Assembly (NCBI GenBank): GCA_963762495.1
Contig: CAVXKZ010000008.1
Location: forward strand, 121,204 to 185,203
DNA: 64,000 nt
From: an uncultured Acidobacteriaceae bacterium
GTDB taxonomy: Bacteria; Acidobacteriota; Terriglobia; Bryobacterales; Bryobacteraceae
Direction: 5' to 3'
A program made the translations under genes and the position numbers. Positions 25,321-33,952 of this stretch are shown piece after piece. How positions within the stretch are numbered: position 1 is the first letter of the stretch; every line of letters begins with the position of its first letter. Below the pieces are notes generated by a model. That model ran no database searches and was not told where the DNA came from. It saw nothing but the letters and a program-made list of their open reading frames with translations.

Positions 25321-26955
25321 ATGGACCAACTGAAAAAGCTCTTCAATACACTCTCCGCTTCCCAGCGGATTGGAATCGTCCTTATTGCGCTTGCCGTCGG
25401 AGCCGGAATCGTGAGTTTTGTGCGCTGGCGGCATGAAGCTGATTTTCGTCCGCTCTTCACCGGCATGGCGCCTGAAGATGCCTCCGCAATTGTCCAGAAG
25501 CTTAAAGAGAGCGGTGTCGAATACCGTCTCGCTGAAAATGGAACCTCCGTCTCGGTGCCTGAAGTAAAAGTGGACGAGGCAAGACTTGACATGGCGGGCG
25601 CAGGCTTGCCCAAAACGGGCCGTGTCGGTTTCGAGCTGTTCGACAAAAATAATCTTGGGATTACCGACTTCACCGAGCATGTGAATTATCGACGTGCTCT
25701 TGAAGGCGAGCTCGAGCGCTCTATCAAAGCCATCCAAGGGATCGAGCAGGCCAGAGTGCACCTCACATTCGCTCGTGATTCCGTGTTTCTCGATTCACGA
25801 GAGCCGGCCAAAGCGAGCATTCTGGTTGATCTCGGGCCGGGTGTTCATCTGTCACCCACTAACGTGGTGGCAATCACTAACCTGGTCGCGAGCGCAGTAG
25901 AAAGTCTTTCTCCCGATTACGTATCTGTGGTCGATATGCGAGGTAATTTGCTCAGCCGTCCCCGCAAAACGGGAACAGATGAAAGCAACAGCTCAGATAC
26001 TCTCCTTGACTATAAGCATCAAGTGGAAAAAGACCTTATGGCTAAGGTCGAATCCACCTTGGAGCCTCTCCTTGGCGCGGGCAAGTTTCGCGTCGGCGTC
26101 ACGGCGGATTGCGACTTCACCACCAGCGATCAGACGGACGAAATCTATGACCCGACGCGTTCAGTCATGGTGAGTTCGCAAAAATCGGAAGATCTTGCTG
26201 GAAGCCCTCAGTCCGCCGGTGTCCCGGGAACGGCGTCGAACCTGCCCCGTCCCGCGGTTCGGCCCGCCGTCGTTGGGACGAACGTCTCCAAAAAGACGGA
26301 GAGCACCGCTTTTGCGACCACACGGACCGTTCGTGAGGTCAAGACACCGCGTGGGGCAATCAAGCGCATCTCCGCGGCTCTGTTGCTCGATCAGGACTTT
26401 CGTTGGGAGGGGAAGGGGGCGCGGGCGAAACGCGTGGACATCCCACCTACTGCCGAGAAGCTGAAAGCAATTCACGATATCGTCGCCGGGGTCATTGGCA
26501 TCACGCCCGCGAGAGGCGATCAGTTGGTAATTGAGAGCCTTCCCTTTGAACAGACCAGCGACACCGAAGAAATAGATCCCCCTGCGCCTAAACCGGCCAC
26601 TGATCCTGCCGCGCGTTTGACTCAGTTCGTCCGAACCAATCAGATCTGGCTCGGAGCGGCTCTACTGGTACTCATTGGCGGAGCCGTCTTCCTTCTCCGC
26701 CGCGGTCGTGGCAAGGGCACAAAATCAGCGGCTGCTCAAGCCATCCAAACGCGCGACACGCCGGCAAGTCTCGCCGCCAAGAATGCCGCTGCTGGGATAA
26801 ACGCCGGTGGCGAACCCGGCCAAGCTAAGCTGCCGGCCGCCTCGCCAGCTAACAAAATGGAATTGGTCCGTCAGCAGGTCCGTGAGAGCGTCACCAAAGA
26901 TCCGGTACTTGCCGCTAATGTGATTCGCGGCTGGCTCGAAGAGGACCCCAGCTAA
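25321..26955 (+). CDS. fliF: MS-ring protein FliF
   Basis: 544 aa. N-terminal TM helix, YscJ/FliF ring-building region (LFTGMAPEDASAIVQKLKESGVEYRL...), second TM helix near the C-terminus. Confidence 0.95.
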   Translation: MDQLKKLFNTLSASQRIGIVLIALAVGAGIVSFVRWRHEADFRPLFTGMAPEDASAIVQKLKESGVEYRLAENGTSVSVPEVKVDEARLDMAGAGLPKTGRVGFELFDKNNLGITDFTEHVNYRRALEGELERSIKAIQGIEQARVHLTFARDSVFLDSREPAKASILVDLGPGVHLSPTNVVAITNLVASAVESLSPDYVSVVDMRGNLLSRPRKTGTDESNSSDTLLDYKHQVEKDLMAKVESTLEPLLGAGKFRVGVTADCDFTTSDQTDEIYDPTRSVMVSSQKSEDLAGSPQSAGVPGTASNLPRPAVRPAVVGTNVSKKTESTAFATTRTVREVKTPRGAIKRISAALLLDQDFRWEGKGARAKRVDIPPTAEKLKAIHDIVAGVIGITPARGDQLVIESLPFEQTSDTEEIDPPAPKPATDPAARLTQFVRTNQIWLGAALLVLIGGAVFLLRRGRGKGTKSAAAQAIQTRDTPASLAAKNAAAGINAGGEPGQAKLPAASPANKMELVRQQVRESVTKDPVLAANVIRGWLEEDPS

Positions 26956-26968
26956 TCCTGGCCGCAAA

Positions 26969-27622
26969 ATGTCTTGTAAAATCGCCAGTTCGTCGCACCC
27001 GGCCCACCCTATTGAGTGGGAAAGTCTTCCTGGCTCGCGGCCCTGGAACGGCGGTACCGTTCCGGGTTATCCCGGCGGCGAATCGGAGACGCGCCGCACA
27101 ACAGTCGAACTGGAGCAGCGGCTGCAAACGGAAGTGGAACGCGCAAGGCGGTCCGGATTCGACGATGGGCTCCGCAAGGGCGGGGAAGATACCGCGACTG
27201 AACTGCGGGCTTGCGCGGAGAGGCTGGCCAGCGCCGTCAAAGAGTTCGATGCGCTCAAGAGCAAGTTCCGCCAAGCCGCCGAGAACGAGGTCGTCCGCCT
27301 CTCCCTCGCCATCGCCCGCCGGATCCTCCATCGCGAGCTCATGGCCGACCCCGATTCAGTGCAGGGCATCGTGCATGCAGCGCTTCAGAAATTGCAGCTT
27401 CGAGACGTGTTGCGCATCCGCGCGAATCCCGCTCTAGCGCAGAGCATCCGCGCCGCGCTGGAGCGTATGGACGCCAGTCCGAACGTGGAAATCGCCGCCG
27501 ATCCGAATCTCAGAATCGGCGACCTCCTGTTCGACTCCGCTCGCGGAGAGCTGGATGCCTCCGTCGAAACTCAACTCGAAGAGATACAACGCGGATTCGC
27601 AGACCGGCTGGCGCGAAGATGA
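26969..27622 (+). CDS. fliH: Flagellar export ATPase regulator FliH
   Basis: 217 aa. ...EVVRLSLAIARRILHRELMADPDSVQGIVHAALQKL...VLRIRANPA...DPNLRIGDLLFDSARGELDASVETQLEEI. ATGA overlap with fliI. Confidence 0.75.
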   Translation: MSCKIASSSHPAHPIEWESLPGSRPWNGGTVPGYPGGESETRRTTVELEQRLQTEVERARRSGFDDGLRKGGEDTATELRACAERLASAVKEFDALKSKFRQAAENEVVRLSLAIARRILHRELMADPDSVQGIVHAALQKLQLRDVLRIRANPALAQSIRAALERMDASPNVEIAADPNLRIGDLLFDSARGELDASVETQLEEIQRGFADRLARR

Positions 27623-28944
27623 CCACTCCTCCAGCGCTCAATTTAACGCCGTATGTGAACGACCTGGATCGCCTCGACCTGCTACGGTGGTGCGGAACTG
27701 TCACCGATGTCACGGGATTCGTAATCGAATCGCAGGGACCTCCTTGCGTAATCGGCGGCTTTTGCGAGATTCGCTCCGCTCAAGGCCGTGTCATTCGAAC
27801 TCAAGTTGCCGGTTTCCGCAACGGACGGATCCTGTCGGTACCTCTCGAAGATATTGACGGTCTAGAGCCCGGCGCTCCCATTTTTGCTCGATCCGAAGAT
27901 TCGCAAGTGGCCGTCGGCCCAGGCCTGCTCGGGCGGGTCCTCGACGGGTTCGGCCGTGTCATTGATGGAGGACCGTCGCCCGAAGCGCCAGAAAAATATC
28001 ACTTGCTTGCCACTCCCCCTGGTCCCCTGCAAAGGGAGCACATCACTGCGCGCCTCGCGACGAGTGTTCGTGCTATAGACACGCTTCTCCCTTGCGGTTT
28101 GGGTCAACGGGTAGGAATTTTTGGAGGGAGTGGGGTAGGGAAGAGTACTCTGCTCGGCGCTATGTCGCGCCAAAATTCGGCAGACGTGACCGTCATCGCC
28201 TTAATAGGAGAGCGCAATCGCGAGGTTCGCGGCTTCATCGAGCACGAACTTGGCCCTGAAGGACGGAGCCGCTCGGTAGTCGTAGTCGCAACCTCTGATC
28301 GCCCCGCGCCGCTCCGCGTCAGAGCCTGCTTCGTGGCGCTTGCTGTCGCCGAGTACTTTCGAGACCAGGGGAAGAATGTTCTGCTCGTCATGGACTCCAT
28401 CACTCGCTTGGCCATGGCCCAGCGGGAAATCGGATTGGCTGCCGGCGAGCCTCCCAGCCAAAAGGGCTATACCCCTTCGGTGTTCGCAATGCTCCCCCGG
28501 GTCTTTGAACGCGCGGGCGCTTTCAAAACCGGCAGCATAACCGGTTTTTTCACCGTTCTGGTGGAGGGTGATGACCTGAACGAGCCCATTGCGGATGCGG
28601 CCCGCAGCATGCTCGATGGTCATATAGTCCTCTCGCGTCAATTAGGAGCATCCGGGCATTATCCAGCGATCGACGTGCTCGCTTCCATTTCGCGCGTTGC
28701 GCCGCACATTTCAAGTCCGGAAGAGATGAAAGCCGCGTCAAAAGTGCGCCAGGCCTTGGCCGTGTATCAGAACTCAGAGGATTTGATTCAGCTCGGCGCC
28801 TACATCTCAGGTTCTAATCCGAAGCTGGATGCCAGCATTCGTTCTCGCGATCGCCTGATGGGTTTTCTCCGCCAGGAAGCCAAGGAAAACGCCGATTTGT
28901 CCGAAAGCCTCCATACGCTCTCTGAGCTTGCCTCCATTCTCTAA
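27619..28944 (+). CDS. fliI: Flagellar export ATPase FliI
   Basis: 441 aa from the ATG at 27619 (the 27211 six-frame start is an out-of-context extension over fliH). Walker A GGSGVGKST and Walker B LLVMDSITR. Confidence 0.95.
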   Translation: MTTPPALNLTPYVNDLDRLDLLRWCGTVTDVTGFVIESQGPPCVIGGFCEIRSAQGRVIRTQVAGFRNGRILSVPLEDIDGLEPGAPIFARSEDSQVAVGPGLLGRVLDGFGRVIDGGPSPEAPEKYHLLATPPGPLQREHITARLATSVRAIDTLLPCGLGQRVGIFGGSGVGKSTLLGAMSRQNSADVTVIALIGERNREVRGFIEHELGPEGRSRSVVVVATSDRPAPLRVRACFVALAVAEYFRDQGKNVLLVMDSITRLAMAQREIGLAAGEPPSQKGYTPSVFAMLPRVFERAGAFKTGSITGFFTVLVEGDDLNEPIADAARSMLDGHIVLSRQLGASGHYPAIDVLASISRVAPHISSPEEMKAASKVRQALAVYQNSEDLIQLGAYISGSNPKLDASIRSRDRLMGFLRQEAKENADLSESLHTLSELASIL

Positions 28945-28951
28945 TCGGTAG

Positions 28952-29398
28952 ATGCGGAAGTTTACATTCCACCTCGACGGTGTACTCCGGCTGAGGAGGC
29001 AGCAGCTTCAGTCTGAAGAGAGTAAACTGCACGCTCTCCTGGCTGAACGGCACCGATTGACTGCCGTGCGCACCGCTCTAGAAGCCGAAGGGGTGGAAGC
29101 CGCTGCATACATCATTCACACAATTCGATCTCCTGGAAGTGGAGATCTGCGCGCTTTGGCTTCGCACAAACTCGGATTGCAGGCTCAGGAAAAAACTCTG
29201 GCGGCCTCCATCGAGGCTAATGAATGCGTGATCGCGCAGCAGACGGACGTGGTCCTAAGCGCAAAGCGTAACGAGAAACTGCTGACCAAACTGCGAGATC
29301 GTCAGTTTGCGGATTGGACCACGGAGGTGGACCGCGCCACCGAAGCCGATATTCAGGAAGCCTGGACGGCCCTATGGAACAGATCGAAAAAACAATAG
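28952..29398 (+). CDS. fliJ: Flagellar export chaperone/stalk protein FliJ
   Basis: 148-aa coiled-coil protein. FxF.LDGVLRLRRQQ N-terminus. Follows fliI. Confidence 0.65.
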   Translation: MRKFTFHLDGVLRLRRQQLQSEESKLHALLAERHRLTAVRTALEAEGVEAAAYIIHTIRSPGSGDLRALASHKLGLQAQEKTLAASIEANECVIAQQTDVVLSAKRNEKLLTKLRDRQFADWTTEVDRATEADIQEAWTALWNRSKKQ

Positions 29399-29408
29399 AT
29401 CTTTTATA

Positions 29409-29436
29409 TAAAGAATTTATCGACAAACGCCGATAG
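29409..29436 (+). promoter_or_regulatory. Candidate sigma-28 (FliA) promoter upstream of the sigma-54 activator gene
   Basis: TAAAG-N15-GCCGATAG, the best sigma-28 match in the window (TAAAG plus 7/8 of GCCGATAA). Starts 11 nt after the fliJ stop and lies about 100 nt before the activator GTG. Confidence 0.4.
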
Positions 29437-29535
29437 GTTTTCATAGCGGCAAGTGATTGGCCGTTAAACCGGGAATAGTCCCCCGAAAGATCGGATGGAG
29501 ACGTTCCGAGTTTCAGACGGACAAGGATCTTTCAG

Positions 29536-31050
29536 GTGACTGGACAGGATGAGCGTTTGCACGATGTGATCGGTCGTACCTCCATGCCTGATGCGGAATT
29601 TACACCGGAGTTTCAGCTCACCGCCGACTTGCCTCCCTGGCGGCAATTGCTCATTGGCAACAGCCCTCATATCCGGCGCATCTGCGAAATCATTCAACTC
29701 ATTGCTCCTCGTCGCTGCAGTGTTCTGATCACAGGTGAAACTGGCACGGGGAAAGAAGTCGTTGCTCGGGCTATCCATGCTGCCGGGAATCGCGCCAAGC
29801 TCCCGATGATTGCTTTGAATTGCACGGCCCTCCCCGCCAGTCTCGTTGAAACAGAACTGTTCGGCCATGCTAAAGGCGCCTTCACTGGCGCCCACGTGTC
29901 GCGGGCGGGACGTTTTGAGCAGGCCCATCGCAGCTCTATTTTCCTGGACGAAATTGGAGACCTCCCTTTGGAAGCGCAAGCCAAGCTCCTGAGGGTTTTG
30001 CAAGACCAGGAGTTCCAGCGCATTGGCGGGTCTGAGATCATTCGCGTGGATGTCCGTGTCATTGCGGCCTCCAACGTCGATTTAGCACAAGCTGTAACAG
30101 AACGGCGCTTTCGCGAGGATCTGTTCTACCGGTTAAATGTCATTGTTATCCATTTGTCTCCGCTTCGCGAACGGCTCGAAGACATTCCGCTGCTTCTAGA
30201 GCACTTCCTCGAGAAGGTCAGTCTCATCGAAAGGATGTCGGCCAAGCGGATAACTGCGGAAGCCGCCGGATATCTTCAGACTCTCGAATGGCCGGGCAAC
30301 GTCAGACAACTCGAGCACGCGGTCCACAGAGCTTTCGCTCTCAGCGGCGATCGAGAGCTGTTAACGCCGGAAGATTTCGATTGGAAGCCTGCGCTTCGCC
30401 CGCAAGCATTCACCGCTCAATCCGAACAACTGGTTGCTGTGCCCGAAACTGGTTTGGATTTCGAACAGATTGTCGCCAGCTTTGAACTATCTCTGTTGAA
30501 CCAGGCACTCACTCTGTCGGGAGGAAACAAAGCCCGCGCCGCCGAGCTGTTGCGAATAAAGAGAACCACTCTGCTCGCCAAGCTGAAAAGCTTTGAGGAG
30601 CGGCGAAACGTCGCAGTGGCAGCGGTTTCCGATGTGGAACGCACGCGCAAATCCTCTCTCGGTACCGTACTTATTATCGAGCGTGATCTTTCCGTCCGGA
30701 AGCTGATCGCGAGCGCTCTAAAAGAACAAAATTACCGCGTGCTGGAATCCGGAACCGTTTCCACCGCCATCGAGTTGCTCGACTGCTGGAAAACTCATAT
30801 CCGGCTGGTCATTCTTTCCGCCGCTGCATCTTCGAATTCCGAAGCTGATGCGTTCAGGCAAGCGACCGAAGGTCTCCGCGTCATTTCCATCTGCGATCGT
30901 CATTCGCACGCTCAGTCTCTTGCCAACTCGCTGTCCGATGGGAATGCGGTACTACATCGACCGTTCGCCGCGGAAGACCTCGTCAAGCTTGCGAACGGGC
31001 TCGCCGAAGAGCCCGCGATGACAGTCCTACGCTCCGAGTTCTGCGCCTAG
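29536..31050 (+). CDS. Sigma-54-dependent transcriptional activator with atypical order: AAA+ domain, Fis-type HTH, C-terminal degenerate receiver-like domain
   Basis: 504 aa. Walker A GETGTGKE, GAFTGA loop (HAKGAFTGAH), Walker B IFLDEIGD and HTH GGNKARAAELLRIKRTTLLAKLK. The last ~140 aa have a CheY-like alternating pattern (TVLIIERD...IRLVILSAAA...VISICD...LHRPF) but lack the phospho-acceptor Asp. Confidence 0.9.
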   Translation: MTGQDERLHDVIGRTSMPDAEFTPEFQLTADLPPWRQLLIGNSPHIRRICEIIQLIAPRRCSVLITGETGTGKEVVARAIHAAGNRAKLPMIALNCTALPASLVETELFGHAKGAFTGAHVSRAGRFEQAHRSSIFLDEIGDLPLEAQAKLLRVLQDQEFQRIGGSEIIRVDVRVIAASNVDLAQAVTERRFREDLFYRLNVIVIHLSPLRERLEDIPLLLEHFLEKVSLIERMSAKRITAEAAGYLQTLEWPGNVRQLEHAVHRAFALSGDRELLTPEDFDWKPALRPQAFTAQSEQLVAVPETGLDFEQIVASFELSLLNQALTLSGGNKARAAELLRIKRTTLLAKLKSFEERRNVAVAAVSDVERTRKSSLGTVLIIERDLSVRKLIASALKEQNYRVLESGTVSTAIELLDCWKTHIRLVILSAAASSNSEADAFRQATEGLRVISICDRHSHAQSLANSLSDGNAVLHRPFAAEDLVKLANGLAEEPAMTVLRSEFCA

Positions 31051-31084
31051 CCGGAGTATCTGATCTTCTGACTCCCGGCTCTTG

Positions 31085-32527
31085 CTAATACGCGCCTTTT
31101 GGTGTCAGAACCCTATGTACCGTACGAAGCAGGATGTAGAAATCAAGCCAAAGTGACCAGTTCCGGATGTAGTACGTGTCTTCCGCCTCCTGCACTCTCA
31201 AATCGCCATCGCTGCGCGCCGAGACCTGCCACAGTCCCGTAACGCCCGGCATCACGCTTGAGCGCAGGCCCCGAAATGCGTCCGGAAAGCTGCTCAGATG
31301 GTAGTAAGGAAAAGGCCGCGGTCCCACCAGGCTCATATCGCCCCTCAGAACGTTCCACAATTGCGGTAGCTCGTCCAGGCTGTAACGTCGCAAAAACCAT
31401 CCGATACCCGGCATCACTCGCGGATCTTTCTTTAACTTGTAATACCGCAGCCAGCTTTCTTTCTCCGCTGGGTTCTTGGCCAGGTAATCGAGCAAAATGC
31501 TCTCTGCATCGGGACGCATCGTCCTCAGTTTGTAAACTTCGATTCGTTTTCCGTTCTTACCCTCCCGCTCCTGAACGAAGAATGCCGGCCCTCGGCTGAC
31601 AACCTTGATCCAGAGAGCGCTGATGAGGAGGAACGGCGCAGATAGAATGATCCCGGGAACCGCGAGCGCCAAGTCGAGAAGTCTTTTGAGAAAACGGTTG
31701 GATGGCACCAGAAGATTCTTCTTAACCTCCAGGCCCAGCACACCACCCAAATCCCGCGAGGTGATCCATAAACTTTGTATGCCGAACAGATCCGGTACAA
31801 CAATGACATTCGGGAATGTCAATTTATGGACTAGGGTCGCCAGTCGCGTACGGTTGAGCCCTGGCATGGCGATGATTGCCGTTTTCGCCCTCGCCGAGAT
31901 CGCTTCCGACATCGACAAGGGTCCAATAATCGGAACTTCCTCGATCTCTGTGCCCCACTTTCGGGGGTCATCATCAAGAATGCCGACTGGCACAAACCCT
32001 AGGTCGCATTCTTTTTTCAAAGTTCGCACGACCGACGCCCCTGTCCGGCCAGCACCCAGGATAATTACCGGTACTCCACAGATGCCCCGCTCGATCATCA
32101 TCTTCCGCACGGGTGCTTCTACCGCTGGAATAAGCGCCAGAGCAAAAAGCATTGTCAGCACAAGCACTCCGCGGGACCATTGCCGGTCGTGGAAAGCATA
32201 GTTCCATATCAGCAGCACGGCGAAAACAGTCAGAGTCGCGTATACGCGGGCGCGAATCCGCTGCACGGCTCCCACTCCATAACCCGGATACACTCCCACC
32301 CACGCATAGGCTAGCGGAAGCGTTAGTACTCCCAATGCCAGTCCCTGGTACTGGGGCGCATTCAGGCCGATCGGAAATACAGAATGAAAAAGAAACCGAA
32401 CGATGCATCCCAGAAGCAGGGCCAACTCGAGCGCCAGGATATCGACCGATACGATCGCGATACTTGCCCAGGAGCGCTGCCGGATTTCCGGCATTACTAC
32501 AATAGGCTCGGCGGCGGCGGCGCTCAT
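31085..32527 (-). CDS. Polyprenyl-phosphate glycosyl-1-phosphate transferase (WbaP/EpsB-type initiating enzyme)
   Basis: 480 aa. N-terminal TM helices, central Rossmann-like region and C-terminal bacterial sugar transferase domain (...KLRTMRPDAE...DELPQLWNVLRGDMSLVGPRP). Confidence 0.9.
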   Translation of the reverse strand: MSAAAAEPIVVMPEIRQRSWASIAIVSVDILALELALLLGCIVRFLFHSVFPIGLNAPQYQGLALGVLTLPLAYAWVGVYPGYGVGAVQRIRARVYATLTVFAVLLIWNYAFHDRQWSRGVLVLTMLFALALIPAVEAPVRKMMIERGICGVPVIILGAGRTGASVVRTLKKECDLGFVPVGILDDDPRKWGTEIEEVPIIGPLSMSEAISARAKTAIIAMPGLNRTRLATLVHKLTFPNVIVVPDLFGIQSLWITSRDLGGVLGLEVKKNLLVPSNRFLKRLLDLALAVPGIILSAPFLLISALWIKVVSRGPAFFVQEREGKNGKRIEVYKLRTMRPDAESILLDYLAKNPAEKESWLRYYKLKKDPRVMPGIGWFLRRYSLDELPQLWNVLRGDMSLVGPRPFPYYHLSSFPDAFRGLRSSVMPGVTGLWQVSARSDGDLRVQEAEDTYYIRNWSLWLDFYILLRTVHRVLTPKGAY

Positions 32528-32693
32528 CGGGAACTAACTCCTAGTGTTGCCATTAAGCGTCAACTTCCAGCTCACGAAGACCCATGCGAGGAACAATCAT
32601 TGGAGGCCCGGACGCGGGATTTGTTTCACCGCTGTAGTACTATTTACCTGGCAATTGTCCTGATTGCGCGCGGGTGGGATTGCCGGATCACCC

Positions 32694-33869
32694 TCAGGAT
32701 AACTGGCTCTTGCCGCTCAATGCACGCTCGTAAATATTCAGGAGCATCTGGTAATTTCTATCCGGCGTGAAGTTTTCCTCATAAAACTTCCTCGCTCGCT
32801 CCCGCAGCGGTTTCATGTCGCTCTGCTGACGGAAAACTCGCGATGCCAGAGTGGCCAGATGCTCCGCGTCCCCAGTTTCGAAGTGATATCCCGTTTCCCC
32901 GCTTCGTATCAACTCGATCATTGATCCCAGCCGGGATGTCAGTACCGGTGTTCCACATGCGAGCGACTCAATAATCGTCATCGGCAAGCCTTCATACCAC
33001 TCCGAAGGAAACACCAGTACGGTTGCGTCTTGCATCAATTGAAGTATTTCGTTAGGTTCTCGCCTGCCCACATACTCCACATTCGGTAATTCCATCGCTC
33101 GCCGCTGAACAAATTCAGTCAATGGTCCATCGCCTGCGATCTTGAGCGGGAATTCGCGCAGCCTTTCCCAGGCGTGCAGTAGGGTGCCCAGCCCCTTCTC
33201 CGGTGAAAGCCGCCCCACAAACAGCGCATACCCTCCGCTCCCACTGCCTGCGCCCGGATCGCTGCCGAGAAAATTTGGTTTCACAAAGATCCGGCCCCCG
33301 GGCAAGCCGCCCTCCACCAACTTGTTTTTCGCAAACTCGGTCAGAGCGATGAACGCGTTTACTTTTGTCCGCCACGTCCCCGCGATTCTGTGAGTAGCCA
33401 GCATCGTGGCAACCGCCCCCGTCCCCAGCTTGCTCTCGTGATAGCAGGCGTGCCAGACCGCCTTATACGGCGCGGCAGTATGTACGCAGTCTTCGCAAAC
33501 GTGACCGTCTCGAAACAGCGTGGCCGCCGGGCAGATGAGGCGATAGTTGTGCAGCGTCTGTACCACTGGAACGCATTCAGCCTCCGCTGCATAGTAAAGT
33601 GCCGGAGAAATAAGTGGAAAAGTGTTGTGCGCGTGGATCACATCCGGTGACTGTTCTCGGATCCTCTGCCTGATCTCGCGATAACTTTCCTGGTTCCAGA
33701 TAGTCCGCCATGCGACTTGAATCCCGGGCATGTCCTTGATCGCATCGTTATGAACGGAATACTGCCGCACATTATGGCCATGCGCCTTTAGCAGATCGAA
33801 TTCCGCCGCGTATACGCTGTCCTCGCCGCCTGGTTGTTGATAGAAGTTGTGAACTTGGAGGACCTTCAT
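32694..33869 (-). CDS. Glycosyltransferase, GT4 family
   Basis: Best start is the ATG at 33869 (MKVLQVHNFYQQPGGEDSV...). The six-frame ORF extends to 33989 and would overlap the upstream gene. C-terminal GT1/GT4 motif (FPSEWYEGLPMTIIESLACGTPV). Confidence 0.85.
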   Translation of the reverse strand: MKVLQVHNFYQQPGGEDSVYAAEFDLLKAHGHNVRQYSVHNDAIKDMPGIQVAWRTIWNQESYREIRQRIREQSPDVIHAHNTFPLISPALYYAAEAECVPVVQTLHNYRLICPAATLFRDGHVCEDCVHTAAPYKAVWHACYHESKLGTGAVATMLATHRIAGTWRTKVNAFIALTEFAKNKLVEGGLPGGRIFVKPNFLGSDPGAGSGSGGYALFVGRLSPEKGLGTLLHAWERLREFPLKIAGDGPLTEFVQRRAMELPNVEYVGRREPNEILQLMQDATVLVFPSEWYEGLPMTIIESLACGTPVLTSRLGSMIELIRSGETGYHFETGDAEHLATLASRVFRQQSDMKPLRERARKFYEENFTPDRNYQMLLNIYERALSGKSQLS

Positions 33870-33952
33870 TCGCCTTTGTCTTGCAAATTCTCGGGCACTC
33901 TTTCTGAGCCGCGCCCGCCGGAAGAGTTTTTGCATCTTGCGGTCGGAGGCCG

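Noticed and set aside
27211-27618. N-terminal 136 codons of the 577-aa ORF containing fliI.
   Set aside because: It is an Arg-rich alternative frame over fliH. FliI homology and ATGA coupling begin at 27619.
29464-30003. 179-aa minus-strand ORF.
   Set aside because: It is antisense to the AAA+ domain of the sigma-54 activator.
31050-31079. GCCGGAG...CTCCCGGC inverted repeat between the convergent activator and wbaP-like genes, considered as a bidirectional terminator.
   Set aside because: The stem is imperfect (one bulge), the loop is 15 nt, and there is no U-tract.
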